A model generated the notes under the pieces. That model was not told the DNA's origin. It did no database searches and saw only the letters and a program-made list of their open reading frames with translations. A stretch of 46,045 nucleotides of DNA from Candidatus Cryosericum sp. GTDB lineage: Bacteria > Caldisericota > Caldisericia > Cryosericales > Cryosericaceae. Where the stretch lies: positions 1-46,045 of the forward strand of contig JBNAWM010000003.1 of NCBI GenBank assembly GCA_049699855.1, in the 5' to 3' direction. Positions 15,966 to 25,682 of this stretch are shown here, piece by piece; within the stretch, counting starts at the first letter, position 1, and the number at the start of each line of letters is the position of its first letter. Made by a program: the position numbers and the translations under genes.

Positions 15966-17483
15966 TTACCTGGCTGAGGGCAACGCCCCCTCGGTCTTGA
16001 TGCGCGGGTGCTGGGCTTCAGCCTTGAGCAGTTCCAGCAGTTTCTGATAGGCATTCCTTGCCAGAACTACCTGATCCGGATGAATCTCTGCTTCAGAGTA
16101 GCGGGCGACATAGAACAGTCTTCCCAGAATGTCAATCTGCTCAGCAAGGTCGGGATACCATCGCGCCACCCGACCTGAGAGCTCGGTTGGGGTTTCACCT
16201 CGTACCATTGCAAGATCCAGTGGATAGAGAGCGTTTGCCGCCATGTAGAAAAGCGCAATGATGGTTCCACGCGGGTCACGGAGCAGTTCATCGTCATCCA
16301 GGCTCCGTATCCTTTTGATGGTTCGCTCGATAACAATGCGGTCTCGCCGCCGCCCAATTCCTTCGAGGCGATCCCACTGTGTTGCGAGTGCCTGTCTCAC
16401 AGAAATAATGATGGAGAAGAGCACCGAAAGGATCGAGAGATTCCGCACGATCAGCTGCAGTACGATAATGGAGGGCGATGCAAAGAAGTTAACCTTGGCT
16501 CGCAGGGCAAGAAACATGTTCCAGGATTTTGGCACCAGCAGGGTTCCATTGACCATCCACGGTGATGTGGCTCCAAACATCAGGGTGTCCAGACACTTGG
16601 CGTGGAGGCTGATAAGCAGGAGAAAAGAAAGACCCATGCCTGCTGCGAGTATGAGCGAAGGAAGCAGTTTGCGAAGTGATTTTCCGGGGCCCTGCTGGAG
16701 AACGCCTCCAACAAACACCCAGGCGAGCAGGAGTGTCAGTGGAGCAAGCAAGAGTGAACGAGAAAGAACATGAAACTCCTCGACGAATGAGACGCGAAAC
16801 AGCCATGACCTCAGCAGGCTTGAACCGGCCGTCGGCCAGGGCCGCCACCAGTTGGTTCCATGGTGACCAAGAACATAGTCCACACTTGTTGAGCGTCCAA
16901 AGAGAAAAGCCTGTAGATTACGGGCTGTAGTTGCACCCAGAGGACCTGTCTCGACAGGAAGGAGAACCGACAGAAGAGTGATGCCGAGGAGGACGAGTGC
17001 GACAGGAACCAGTTGCTGAAGCAATTCCTGCTGGTCCTTGGTTGACTCTGAGAGTAGGACTGACAGCAGGATCAGCAGAGACAGTGCCGGAATTGTAACC
17101 GAGGCACCTTCCAGATCCAGTGTTGCCAGAAGTCCCAGCCAGGCGACGCTGTAAAGATAGACAGGTTCACCGGGGATTCTCAGTCTGGTGACAATGACTC
17201 CCGCATAGAAGGGCATTGGGACCAGAAGGAAGAAAAACTCGCGGTACCGAGCCGCATAATCCATCGCAAGCCGCTGACCATTGGTAGCAACGATGCTCAG
17301 GAGTATGAGGGCGATAACGGCTTCCCAGATGAGTTTGTGTTGCTGGAGCCATGGAGCTGCTATGACAATGGCCAGAGCAGGCAGGACGATCCAGGCTGGG
17401 ATCGTGGCGCGCGCAATCCAGAAGATGACAAGCGTGGCAGTGGTTGTGAAGCCGAGATGCAGAAGGAATTTGTCACGTTCCAT
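15966..17483 (-). CDS. Polytopic membrane protein with C-terminal DUF4129-like domain (copy 1)
   Basis: TM-rich; RGETPTEL...FYVARYS. Confidence 0.75.
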   Translation of the reverse strand: MERDKFLLHLGFTTTATLVIFWIARATIPAWIVLPALAIVIAAPWLQQHKLIWEAVIALILLSIVATNGQRLAMDYAARYREFFFLLVPMPFYAGVIVTRLRIPGEPVYLYSVAWLGLLATLDLEGASVTIPALSLLILLSVLLSESTKDQQELLQQLVPVALVLLGITLLSVLLPVETGPLGATTARNLQAFLFGRSTSVDYVLGHHGTNWWRPWPTAGSSLLRSWLFRVSFVEEFHVLSRSLLLAPLTLLLAWVFVGGVLQQGPGKSLRKLLPSLILAAGMGLSFLLLISLHAKCLDTLMFGATSPWMVNGTLLVPKSWNMFLALRAKVNFFASPSIIVLQLIVRNLSILSVLFSIIISVRQALATQWDRLEGIGRRRDRIVIERTIKRIRSLDDDELLRDPRGTIIALFYMAANALYPLDLAMVRGETPTELSGRVARWYPDLAEQIDILGRLFYVARYSEAEIHPDQVVLARNAYQKLLELLKAEAQHPRIKTEGALPSAR

Positions 17484-17485
17484 GA

Positions 17486-18727
17486 CTAGGCTTCTCCCAG
17501 AGCGGCAAGAGTATCATTGAGGCCGATGATGGAAAGGTCGACACTGGCATCACGAAGTACCTTTTGTGTTTTCTTGAGTTGGGCGATCTGTTCGAGGTCG
17601 GGCATGAAATAGGGAACTTCACGCTCTCCATAGAGAAGGAAACTGCCATAGGGAAACAGCACGATGGAGATGCGGGAGAACTGTGCTTCCATGCGCAACA
17701 GGGCACCGATCTCCTCTTCTTTGAGTTCATGCTGGATAAGAAACAATTGAGAGCGTGGAGGGATGCGAAGTCGTTCCTTTCTCAGGTAATCAAGGAACAC
17801 CGTGCTGTCTGGCTGCCTGTCGATCGTGCCACGCGCCTGAGCCAGCAGCCGATAGCTGGCAAACAAGTGCGTCGGGTCCTTTGAAAAGCCATCTGTCGAC
17901 AGCGTCTGCTCGCCCAGAACCGTGAGGCCAAACGGTAGCTTGTGGTCATAGGCGTACTGAAGGATGCTCGCACCCACCATCGTCATGTAGTCCTCGAATG
18001 TTTCCATGGTGAAGCTGGGCTCGCGGCGGAGCGTCAGATTGAGCAGGACAACGATCGTCTTTGATGCCGACGGAGCGAATTCCTTCACCATGAGCTCGCC
18101 CTTGTGAGCGCTCATCTTCCAGTGTATGTGGTTCATCGGATCGTTCTGATATGGTCGGACCCCCGCCAGCTGTGAGACATCGTAGTTTGGAGCAAACTTG
18201 ACGCGCTGGCCATCAAGCGGAGACGTCAGAGAGATACGCAGTTTTTCGAGGGGAAGAACGGTGGGAAAGACCGTGAGCTGCTGGTCCGCAGGGATGCGCT
18301 TGCTGATCTTGAACAGTTGAAGGGGATCTGTCACGGTCAAGACGCCTCCTCCGATCTCGTAGACGCCTCGGCGATTGACATGAAACTCCAGAGTGCAGGT
18401 TCGGCGGTGCCATGACGAGTTGTCGAGAATGATATACTCTGGAAGAAGCGGTCGAAGAGAAACGGAGAGAGGAAATCGAACAGGAATGTTGTCAAGCGTG
18501 AGGGTCAGCAAATCCTGAGATTTCATCTGGACAACCGAATGCTGTACGCGTTTGTTGACCGTTGCCCGGTCACTTGTCTTCAGAACAAGCGGAACCATGA
18601 TGGACGTGTAGCACGTCAGGAACGCCGCCAGGTAGAAGAGCGGGCGTGTCCCGAAGACCGACCAGGCCAGCAGGGCTAGAAGCGAAATGGCAACGGGGCG
18701 TCCTGCGACGCGAATGAAACGCTTCAT
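17486..18727 (-). CDS. DUF58 protein (copy 1)
   Basis: RRGVY, DPL, DPMNHIHWKMSAH; start chosen at MKRF (GAGG SD, length matches the paralog). Confidence 0.82.
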   Translation of the reverse strand: MKRFIRVAGRPVAISLLALLAWSVFGTRPLFYLAAFLTCYTSIMVPLVLKTSDRATVNKRVQHSVVQMKSQDLLTLTLDNIPVRFPLSVSLRPLLPEYIILDNSSWHRRTCTLEFHVNRRGVYEIGGGVLTVTDPLQLFKISKRIPADQQLTVFPTVLPLEKLRISLTSPLDGQRVKFAPNYDVSQLAGVRPYQNDPMNHIHWKMSAHKGELMVKEFAPSASKTIVVLLNLTLRREPSFTMETFEDYMTMVGASILQYAYDHKLPFGLTVLGEQTLSTDGFSKDPTHLFASYRLLAQARGTIDRQPDSTVFLDYLRKERLRIPPRSQLFLIQHELKEEEIGALLRMEAQFSRISIVLFPYGSFLLYGEREVPYFMPDLEQIAQLKKTQKVLRDASVDLSIIGLNDTLAALGEA

Positions 18728-18827
18728 GAGGGCCTCGCGGTCGTGCATATCGCTATGGAAGAACGTGCTGACTGTCTCATGCTGTCTCCACCTTCTGTTG
18801 GTCACGAGCATGCGGCCAACCTTGGAC

Positions 18828-18855
18828 ATTGTATGACTGACATGTTGAATTGCAA
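18828..18855 (-). promoter_or_regulatory. Putative promoter of the DUF58/MoxR operon, TTGCAA-N16-TACAAT
   Basis: Near-consensus hexamers 100 nt upstream of the operon. Confidence 0.55.
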
Positions 18856-18974
18856 TGCTGGAGCGATACAACGAGGATTTCTACCGAGTTTCCAGAAATC
18901 TTCCTGCCAGCAAGCTGGAGCGAACGAAGTTTTCTGGTAGACTATACACTGTCACATGTGGAGGTGAATGGCAG

Positions 18975-19814
18975 ATGATACGAGTTGTCATGGATACCAC
19001 TACCGGCATGACCAGGGCGGAGTTTGAACAGGCTGACATTACCATGGTCCCACTCTATGTCCGGGATGGAGAAAAGCTCTATCGCGAGCAGGTCGATATT
19101 TTTCCTCAGGAGTTCTATCGACGTGAACGGGAGGGGACTCTCTTCGAAACGGCGCAGACAAATCCGGCCGACCTGATCTCTGTGTTCAAGCCAATCCTTG
19201 AGGCAGGCGATGAAATCGTATGTGTGCTCATTTCAAGCGCGATTTCTGGATCGGTCAATGCAGCGCACCTCGCAGCCCAGACCCTTGGAGCCGAAGACAA
19301 GATCACGATTGTCGATTCGCTGGAATCGGGTTATGGAGAGGCATACCTTGGCCTTACGGCAAAGAAAATGGCCCAGGCCGGAGAGAGCCGAGCCGCAATT
19401 GTTCAAACGCTGGCCGACATCCGCAAGCGAACTCGGACGTATTTCATCATGGAATCGTTGAAATGGCTGTTCCATGGAGGACGCCTGACAGGGGCTCAGT
19501 ACTTTGTGGGATCGGTTGTCAAACTGAACCCCATTGTCTGGTTCGATGAGGCGGGACGCATGACGTCTTATGACAAGACTCGGACCCTCAAAGTAGCAAA
19601 GACGCGCATGCGTCAGCTCGTCGCAGAAGCCGGAAAGAATGGCGTCGAAGCGGCAACACTTCATTGGCCGGACAACCTGGACGAGGCACAGGAGTTTCAC
19701 GATGAAATGGAGCAAATCCTCCAGGTGCCTGTCTCGTACACCAAGCTCTCATGTGTGCTTGGTGTGCATACAGGCCCCGACCTGCTTGGGCCGTGCGTCA
19801 TTATGAAGGCATGA
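18975..19814 (+). CDS. DegV/FakB family fatty-acid-binding protein
   Basis: MIRVVMDTT, TAQTNP, ISSAISGS, VDS, GGRL and GVHTGP motifs; GGAGGTGA SD. Confidence 0.9.
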   Translation: MIRVVMDTTTGMTRAEFEQADITMVPLYVRDGEKLYREQVDIFPQEFYRREREGTLFETAQTNPADLISVFKPILEAGDEIVCVLISSAISGSVNAAHLAAQTLGAEDKITIVDSLESGYGEAYLGLTAKKMAQAGESRAAIVQTLADIRKRTRTYFIMESLKWLFHGGRLTGAQYFVGSVVKLNPIVWFDEAGRMTSYDKTRTLKVAKTRMRQLVAEAGKNGVEAATLHWPDNLDEAQEFHDEMEQILQVPVSYTKLSCVLGVHTGPDLLGPCVIMKA

Positions 19815-19944
19815 AGCGGGCTTCGCGTCCAAAAGGTCAGTTGCTTTGCAGGCAACAGCGTCGCATCGAGCAATGAGTTGCATTCCAGGTCCAGTCACTG
19901 CCTGGTGATCGGCGGCCGCCAAGCGCGCCCCGGAAAGGAATCCT

Positions 19945-20811
19945 ATGATCAAAGTAGTCATGGACTCGACCTGCGGCATGACCGTAGAGGACTTTGATAA
20001 AGCTGGCATCATCATGGTTCCCCTCTATATTCGCCAGGGGGAGACGCTTTACCGCGACGGAGTGGATATCAAGCCAGCTGAGTTCTACCGGAAGGAACGC
20101 GAGGGCGTTATCTTTGAGAGTGCACAGACAAATCCTGATGACCTGGTCCGTATCTTCAGGCCGATCATAGAAGCAGGCGATGAGGTTGTCTGTGTCATGA
20201 TTTCTGGAGCGATTTCGGGCTCTGTCAATGCGGCTCACGTCGCAGCAGCCACGCTGGGAGCCGAGGACCGGATTTCGATCGTCGACTCGCGACAGAGTGG
20301 GTACTGTCAGCTCAACATGGGCAGACTGGCCAAGAAGATGGCGGACGAGGGGAAAGACCGCGCAGAAATTGTCCAGGCGCTGGGCGATTTGCGGGATCGC
20401 ACGTGGGTCTACTTCATCATGGAATCGTTGCATTGGCTGTACAAGGGTGGCCGCCTCACTGGAGCGCAAGCTCTCATCGGCACGATCATCCAGCTCAAGC
20501 CGATCGTCTGGTTCGACGATGAGGGGCGTATGGTAACCCATGACAAAATACGGACCATCAAAGCCGGCAAGGAACGCCTCAAGGAGCTGGTGATGGAAAT
20601 GGCTTCGTATGGAGTTGAGTCAGCAGGGCTCCACTGGGCCGACAATTGGGATGAGGCTAAGGAATTCGGGGACTGGATGGAATCGGTTCTTCACGTGCCG
20701 GTGGAGTATAACAGGGTGTCATGTGTCGTGGGATGCCATGTGGGGCCTACGGTCCTTGGTCCAGTTGTTGTGATGAAAGAGAAGCCGAAGTCGAAGAGTC
20801 GCGCAGGCTGA
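19945..20811 (+). CDS. DegV/FakB family protein
   Basis: Close paralog of 18975; MIKVVMDST, ISGAISGS, GCHVGP. Confidence 0.9.
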   Translation: MIKVVMDSTCGMTVEDFDKAGIIMVPLYIRQGETLYRDGVDIKPAEFYRKEREGVIFESAQTNPDDLVRIFRPIIEAGDEVVCVMISGAISGSVNAAHVAAATLGAEDRISIVDSRQSGYCQLNMGRLAKKMADEGKDRAEIVQALGDLRDRTWVYFIMESLHWLYKGGRLTGAQALIGTIIQLKPIVWFDDEGRMVTHDKIRTIKAGKERLKELVMEMASYGVESAGLHWADNWDEAKEFGDWMESVLHVPVEYNRVSCVVGCHVGPTVLGPVVVMKEKPKSKSRAG

Positions 20812-21670
20812 GAAACACCCCTGCGAGGACCACGCCGCCGCCGGCAAGCTGCATAAGCGTCATCTGTTCGTGCAGAATGACCCAGGACGTCAGAACCCCA
20901 AAAACGGGTATCAAGTTCAAAATGTTCACGGCCTGGGTCGATGTCATTCCAGCAACTCCATAATTGTACAGAGAGTATCCGCCAACGGAACAGAAGATCG
21001 CCAGGTAAAAAACGGCCCAGACAGCAGAAGACGGTACCTGCAGGGTCGGTCGTTCGAACAGCGCGATCAGGGGCAGCAGGACGATGCTGCCAAACAACAT
21101 CTGAAACATGGCCGTTCTGCTGGCTGAGCTGGTTTCAGACAGGCTCTTCACGAGAATGCTGTAAAAAGCCCAGCAGACGCCTGACAGCACGATCAGACCG
21201 TCTCCGAGCAGGCGCCTTCCTGCAAGGGCGCCAGTCATGGATCGTGGATCAATGATGAGAACCACTCCTGCAACGGAAAGGGCTACGCCAGCGAGTGCCT
21301 GGCGGGAGAACTTCCGGTGATACGCGATGCTCTCGACCAGGAGTGACAGGATTGGGAAGATACCCATCATCAGCGAGATCTCCGATGCAGTTGAAAGTGC
21401 GAGTCCGACATTCTCGAAGATGTGATTCAGCGTGTAGCCCAGGATGCCGCCCAGGGCCATCACCCAAGCCTCCTTGCGGGTGAGGCGCAGGTTCTCGTGG
21501 CGGAGAAGCATCCAGGCAAACAGGATCATGCTGGCCAGCACAAAGCGTACCCAGGCGAGCGAGAGCGGTGGGATGAAACGCAGAGCCAGCTTCGAAGCAG
21601 TGAAGGAGGTGCCCCAGACAAACGCCGATGCCACAACAGCCGCGATCCTGCCCCCTCGATTGGTATGCAT
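20747..21670 (-). CDS. DMT/EamA family transporter
   Basis: VWGTSF, RF, GD.L...CWAFY and LIPVFG...LHE; about 10 TM segments in two repeats. Confidence 0.9.
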   Translation of the reverse strand: MHTNRGGRIAAVVASAFVWGTSFTASKLALRFIPPLSLAWVRFVLASMILFAWMLLRHENLRLTRKEAWVMALGGILGYTLNHIFENVGLALSTASEISLMMGIFPILSLLVESIAYHRKFSRQALAGVALSVAGVVLIIDPRSMTGALAGRRLLGDGLIVLSGVCWAFYSILVKSLSETSSASRTAMFQMLFGSIVLLPLIALFERPTLQVPSSAVWAVFYLAIFCSVGGYSLYNYGVAGMTSTQAVNILNLIPVFGVLTSWVILHEQMTLMQLAGGGVVLAGVFLSLRDSSTSASLSSQQLDQGP

Positions 21671-21824
21671 AAGCGCTTACTGAAGCCTTGTTACACGCCC
21701 GGCGCGAACTGGCCCGACAAAAGGAAGCTGCCGGTCAAACCTCTCACCGCGATGCAGTCACAGAACTGTTGAAACATGTCTGGCAATGTCACAGGGGTGA
21801 CAGGCTGAGTGGCAGGAGCCGTTG

Positions 21825-23261
21825 TTATTGGTCTCTGTCCTGAAGTTTGTAGTCACGGATCTTGTTGAAGAGAGATTTGCGTGAAATCCCGAGAATCTGG
21901 GCCGCTTTTGTCTTGTTCCCGCCAGATTCGCGCAGGGCTTTGCGAATCATGTCGATCTCCATCTGCTGAATGGCGTCCGACAGTCGAAGCCCTCCACTGC
22001 CATTGTTTGAAGGCGATTGCGGCTGTTCGGCTGTGGCTGGCTGGCATTCAGGGCTGGCAGAATCATCGGGGCGGCGCACGATCGGCTGTGATCCAAGCTC
22101 AACAGTCTCAGGCAGCAGCACGCGCGCCTGCGAGACGATGACAGCGCGGGCGATCGCATTCTCCAATTCTCTGACGTTTCCCGGCCAGTAATAAGCCGTG
22201 AGTCGCTCCAGAGTTTCATCTGCAATGTCCGTGACGTCCCGCCCATACTTGGCCGCATACTTGCGCAGGAAATGCCGGGCCAGCAATGCGGTGTCGCCCC
22301 GTCTCTCGCGCAATGGAGGCAGTCTCAGGGTAATGACGTTCAATCGATAGAAGAGATCCTCGCGGAACTTGCGCTCAGTCACCAGTCTCGTCAAGTCCTG
22401 ATTGGTCGCCGCTATGACTCGAGCCGACGATGTGAGATGCTCTCGACCGCCGACCCTTTCAAAACCTCCATCCTGAAGGACTCGCAGGAGTTTGGCTTGC
22501 AGCGGCAGAGACATGTCTCCAATCTCATCGAGGAAAAGGGTTCCGCTGGAAGCTTGTTCAAACTTGCCGATATGGGTCTCAAAAGCGTCGGTGAAGGAAC
22601 CCTTTTCATGTCCAAAGAGGTCGCTTTCAAGAAGGTTTTCGGGAATAGCGGCGCAGTTGACGACAATGAACGCCCTGTCCTTCCGGTGGCTGTTATTGTG
22701 AATCGCCTTGGCGACGAGCTCCTTGCCAGTACCGGATTCTCCAAGGACAAGCACCGTCGCATCGGAACTGGCGACTTTGCCAATCTGCTTGTAAAGCTCC
22801 TGCATCAGGGGACTCTGGCCGACAAGCTCATCGCTGTTAATGAAGGGAAGGTCCTCGGGGCGCACACGTCCTGACATGGACGACAACTCGCGCAGTTCAA
22901 GCGCCCGTTTCACCTTGATTCTGACTTCATCGATATCGAACGGCTTGGTCAGATAATCGTAAGCACCAGACTTCATCGCGGAGATGGCAAGGTCAGACGA
23001 GCCGAACGCGGTCAGGAAGATGACGGGAAGGTCAGGCTGGAACTCCTTGATTTTGAGAAAGGCGTCCATGCCGCTCATGATCGGCATTTTGACGTCCATG
23101 AGGACGGTGTCCGGGTTGATGGCTCTGACTTTCTCGACGGCTTCCTGGCCATTCTTGGCAACGTTCACCCGGTAACCCTCGTCTTCGAGTGATTCGCGCA
23201 AGAGCTCGCGTATGTTCTCTTCGTCATCCACAACCAGGATGAGCTTGCTTTGCATTTTCAT
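21825..23261 (-). CDS. Sigma54-interacting response regulator (NtrC/AtoC family: REC-AAA+-HTH)
   Basis: ILVVDDE, MDVKMP, GESGTGKE, GSFTDA, LFLDEIGDM, FREDLFYRL, WPGNVRELEN, Fis-type HTH; start could be 23267, 23261 or 23255. Confidence 0.93.
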   Translation of the reverse strand: MKMQSKLILVVDDEENIRELLRESLEDEGYRVNVAKNGQEAVEKVRAINPDTVLMDVKMPIMSGMDAFLKIKEFQPDLPVIFLTAFGSSDLAISAMKSGAYDYLTKPFDIDEVRIKVKRALELRELSSMSGRVRPEDLPFINSDELVGQSPLMQELYKQIGKVASSDATVLVLGESGTGKELVAKAIHNNSHRKDRAFIVVNCAAIPENLLESDLFGHEKGSFTDAFETHIGKFEQASSGTLFLDEIGDMSLPLQAKLLRVLQDGGFERVGGREHLTSSARVIAATNQDLTRLVTERKFREDLFYRLNVITLRLPPLRERRGDTALLARHFLRKYAAKYGRDVTDIADETLERLTAYYWPGNVRELENAIARAVIVSQARVLLPETVELGSQPIVRRPDDSASPECQPATAEQPQSPSNNGSGGLRLSDAIQQMEIDMIRKALRESGGNKTKAAQILGISRKSLFNKIRDYKLQDRDQ

Positions 23262-23297
23262 GGCCAATTAGACAGTCTACCGGTTTTGAGACGTGAG

Positions 23298-24695
23298 TCA
23301 AACAGCAGGATTCACGACTCGCTGCATGTTGACTGTGAACGTAGTGCCGACCCCCGCACTGCTCTCATAGGTGATGACTCCATTGTGAATGGATGCAATC
23401 TTCTGAGAGATGGGGAGACCGAGGCCCGTTCCGTGTTCCTTGGTGGTGAAGAAGGGAGTGAACATCTTTGGCTTGTCCTCGTCTCGGATCCCCACGCCGG
23501 TGTCGCGTACCTCCACAATGACTCGGTCGGCATCTGTCCTGGCCACGACAGTGACTGCCCCGCCGTTCTTGTCCTGAAGGGCCTGAATAGCGTTTTGCAG
23601 AAGATTCATGAACATCTGTTCTGTCTGGCGGGCGTCCCATGTGACGGTGATGTGCGGCACCTGAAGGTCGAGTACGGCATGCCCTTCCTCGAACTGCTGA
23701 TTCATGAGTTCGCCAAGTGAGCCGAAGAACTCGGCCAAGTCAAAAGGTACAGGCTGAATCGGAGATGGACGTCCAAAGGTAAGCAAATCCTTGACGAGCA
23801 GCTCCAGGCGGTCGGCTTCACTGCGGATGGGAACGACGTACTTTGCCTCGGGTCGTCCTTGAAGCTTCTTTTCCAGCAGGCTGGCGTAGCCCTTGATGCT
23901 TGTCAGGGGGTTGCGTACCTCATGAGCGATGCCGGTCGTGAAGATGCCAAGGGTCTTGAGAGCCTCTGTCTGCTTTGCTTCTTCGATGCTCCGCTTCAGC
24001 GAGAGAGCAAGGTTTGCCACCGCTCGTGAGATCTCTCCCAGTTCGCCGCCACCCTGAGGAACGCGTGCATCAAGGTTGGTCCCCAGTCGGACGACGCTTC
24101 TTCGCAATGCCAGCAGGCGGATAAGGAAAAAGGCCAGCAGGACGATCGTAGCGGCACCACTCGCGGCGATGGAAATGGTCGAGGTCTTGAAGGCCTCGAA
24201 ACGAACGCGTTGAAGAGGAGCTAGAACTTGGGGCATGTCTCGGTCGACGATCAGATAACCAAGCGTCTGCGTCCCAGCTTTGAGGGGAAGTGCAACAGTC
24301 AACTTGGACAAAGGGTTCCGGGAGGCATCACCGAGATACACCAGGCTCGGGCTGAAAAGGTTCACCTGATAGCCGATGCTGACGTTGGGGAAGTTGCTCT
24401 TGAAAAGAGCAATGTAGTCATTGTAGGATTTGGAGAGAAAGATGCTCAGCAGAGCGTTTTGTTTTTCCTGCGAAAGTGTGTTGAACTTGTAGCTGCTGTA
24501 CAGCTCGCGGTACATGCGGTTCCACCGTTCGACAGCCTGCGACCCTATCGCCTGGAGGGTTTCCGTTTCTTTGGTGATCAGCTGATCCTGAAAGTCGACA
24601 ATGAGACGATTGCTGAGAATTGCCATCGAGATGCCCACGATGAGCAAGGCGGTGACAATAATCTGAAAGGTCAGCGACTTGAAGACTCGGCCCAA
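23298..24695 (-). CDS. Membrane sensor histidine kinase (2 TM, HAMP-like, HisKA, HATPase)
   Basis: AHEVRNPLT H-box, NLLQNAIQA, DTGVGI, FTPFFTTK, GTGLGL. Confidence 0.92.
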   Translation of the reverse strand: MGRVFKSLTFQIIVTALLIVGISMAILSNRLIVDFQDQLITKETETLQAIGSQAVERWNRMYRELYSSYKFNTLSQEKQNALLSIFLSKSYNDYIALFKSNFPNVSIGYQVNLFSPSLVYLGDASRNPLSKLTVALPLKAGTQTLGYLIVDRDMPQVLAPLQRVRFEAFKTSTISIAASGAATIVLLAFFLIRLLALRRSVVRLGTNLDARVPQGGGELGEISRAVANLALSLKRSIEEAKQTEALKTLGIFTTGIAHEVRNPLTSIKGYASLLEKKLQGRPEAKYVVPIRSEADRLELLVKDLLTFGRPSPIQPVPFDLAEFFGSLGELMNQQFEEGHAVLDLQVPHITVTWDARQTEQMFMNLLQNAIQALQDKNGGAVTVVARTDADRVIVEVRDTGVGIRDEDKPKMFTPFFTTKEHGTGLGLPISQKIASIHNGVITYESSAGVGTTFTVNMQRVVNPAV

Positions 24696-24720
24696 ATTGC
24701 GCTCTCCGGGGGCTGCAGTC

Positions 24721-25680
24721 CTAGATCGAGACTCGCTTCAGCAGCTCCACGAGTTCCGGCTTGAGCAGGTTGCGACGAGTGACGGCTTCGAGAGTCTCCT
24801 GAAGGACAATGTGCCCATTGCGGGTGCCCGCAACGACGCCAGACTTCCCTTCGCTGAGAGCAACGACAGCCGCCTCGCCCGAGGTACCGGCCAGAATACG
24901 GTCAAAGCGCGTCGGACTGCCACCCCGCTGGACATATCCGAGAACAGTTGCCCGGCATTCCACGGGCAGATGGGCGTTGATGTACTGGGACAGTTCTTCT
25001 GCATGCCCGGCACCCTCCGCCATGACGATGATGTGGTGTTTCTTCTGCGCCATCACGTCATCGTGCAGGCGCGTGATGATGCGTGGGATGCTGAACGGGA
25101 GTTCTGGCGTCAGAACAATATCCGCACCGGTTGCAAGTGCAGCCTCGAGAGCGATCGAACCGTTGTCTCTTCCCATGACTTCAACGACAAAGACCCGATC
25201 GTGCGCTTCCGCTGCATCTCGAATGCGGTCGATGGCGTCGATGGCGATGTTGACTGCGGTATCGAATCCGATGGTATAGTCAAACCCATACAGGTCGTTG
25301 TCGATGGTCGAAGCGACTCCGACGACCGGTACGCCGAGTTGGGCCAGGAGATAACCCCCCGTTTGTGAGCCATTTCCTCCAATAATGACCATGCCGTCCA
25401 GCTGATTTTGTTGAACGACAAGTGCAGCCTGCCGGCGGCCTTCCTCAGTTCGGAAAAGTTCACTGCGAGCACTTTTAAGGATGGTTCCGCCGAGTTCCAG
25501 GATCCCGGAAACACTGCGTGCATTAAGTTCGACCCAGGCATTCGATACAAGCCCATCGTAGCCACGCTGGAATCCGATCGCCTCCATCCCCATCGATGCA
25601 GCAGTGCGTGCAACTGCTCGAATGGCTGCATTCATGCCGCTGGCGTCGCCGCCGCTGGTCAGAAGTCCGATGCGTTTCAT
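24721..25680 (-). CDS. pfkA: ATP-dependent 6-phosphofructokinase
   Basis: LLTSGGDASGMNAAIR, GGNGS, TIDND, EVMGR, LGYVQRGG. Confidence 0.92.
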   Translation of the reverse strand: MKRIGLLTSGGDASGMNAAIRAVARTAASMGMEAIGFQRGYDGLVSNAWVELNARSVSGILELGGTILKSARSELFRTEEGRRQAALVVQQNQLDGMVIIGGNGSQTGGYLLAQLGVPVVGVASTIDNDLYGFDYTIGFDTAVNIAIDAIDRIRDAAEAHDRVFVVEVMGRDNGSIALEAALATGADIVLTPELPFSIPRIITRLHDDVMAQKKHHIIVMAEGAGHAEELSQYINAHLPVECRATVLGYVQRGGSPTRFDRILAGTSGEAAVVALSEGKSGVVAGTRNGHIVLQETLEAVTRRNLLKPELVELLKRVSI

Positions 25681-25682
25681 GG

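Noticed and set aside
18728..18974. Longer starts for DUF58 (18871) and DegV (18855) given in the ORF track
   Set aside because: They overlap each other and the promoter; downstream starts have SDs and match paralog lengths
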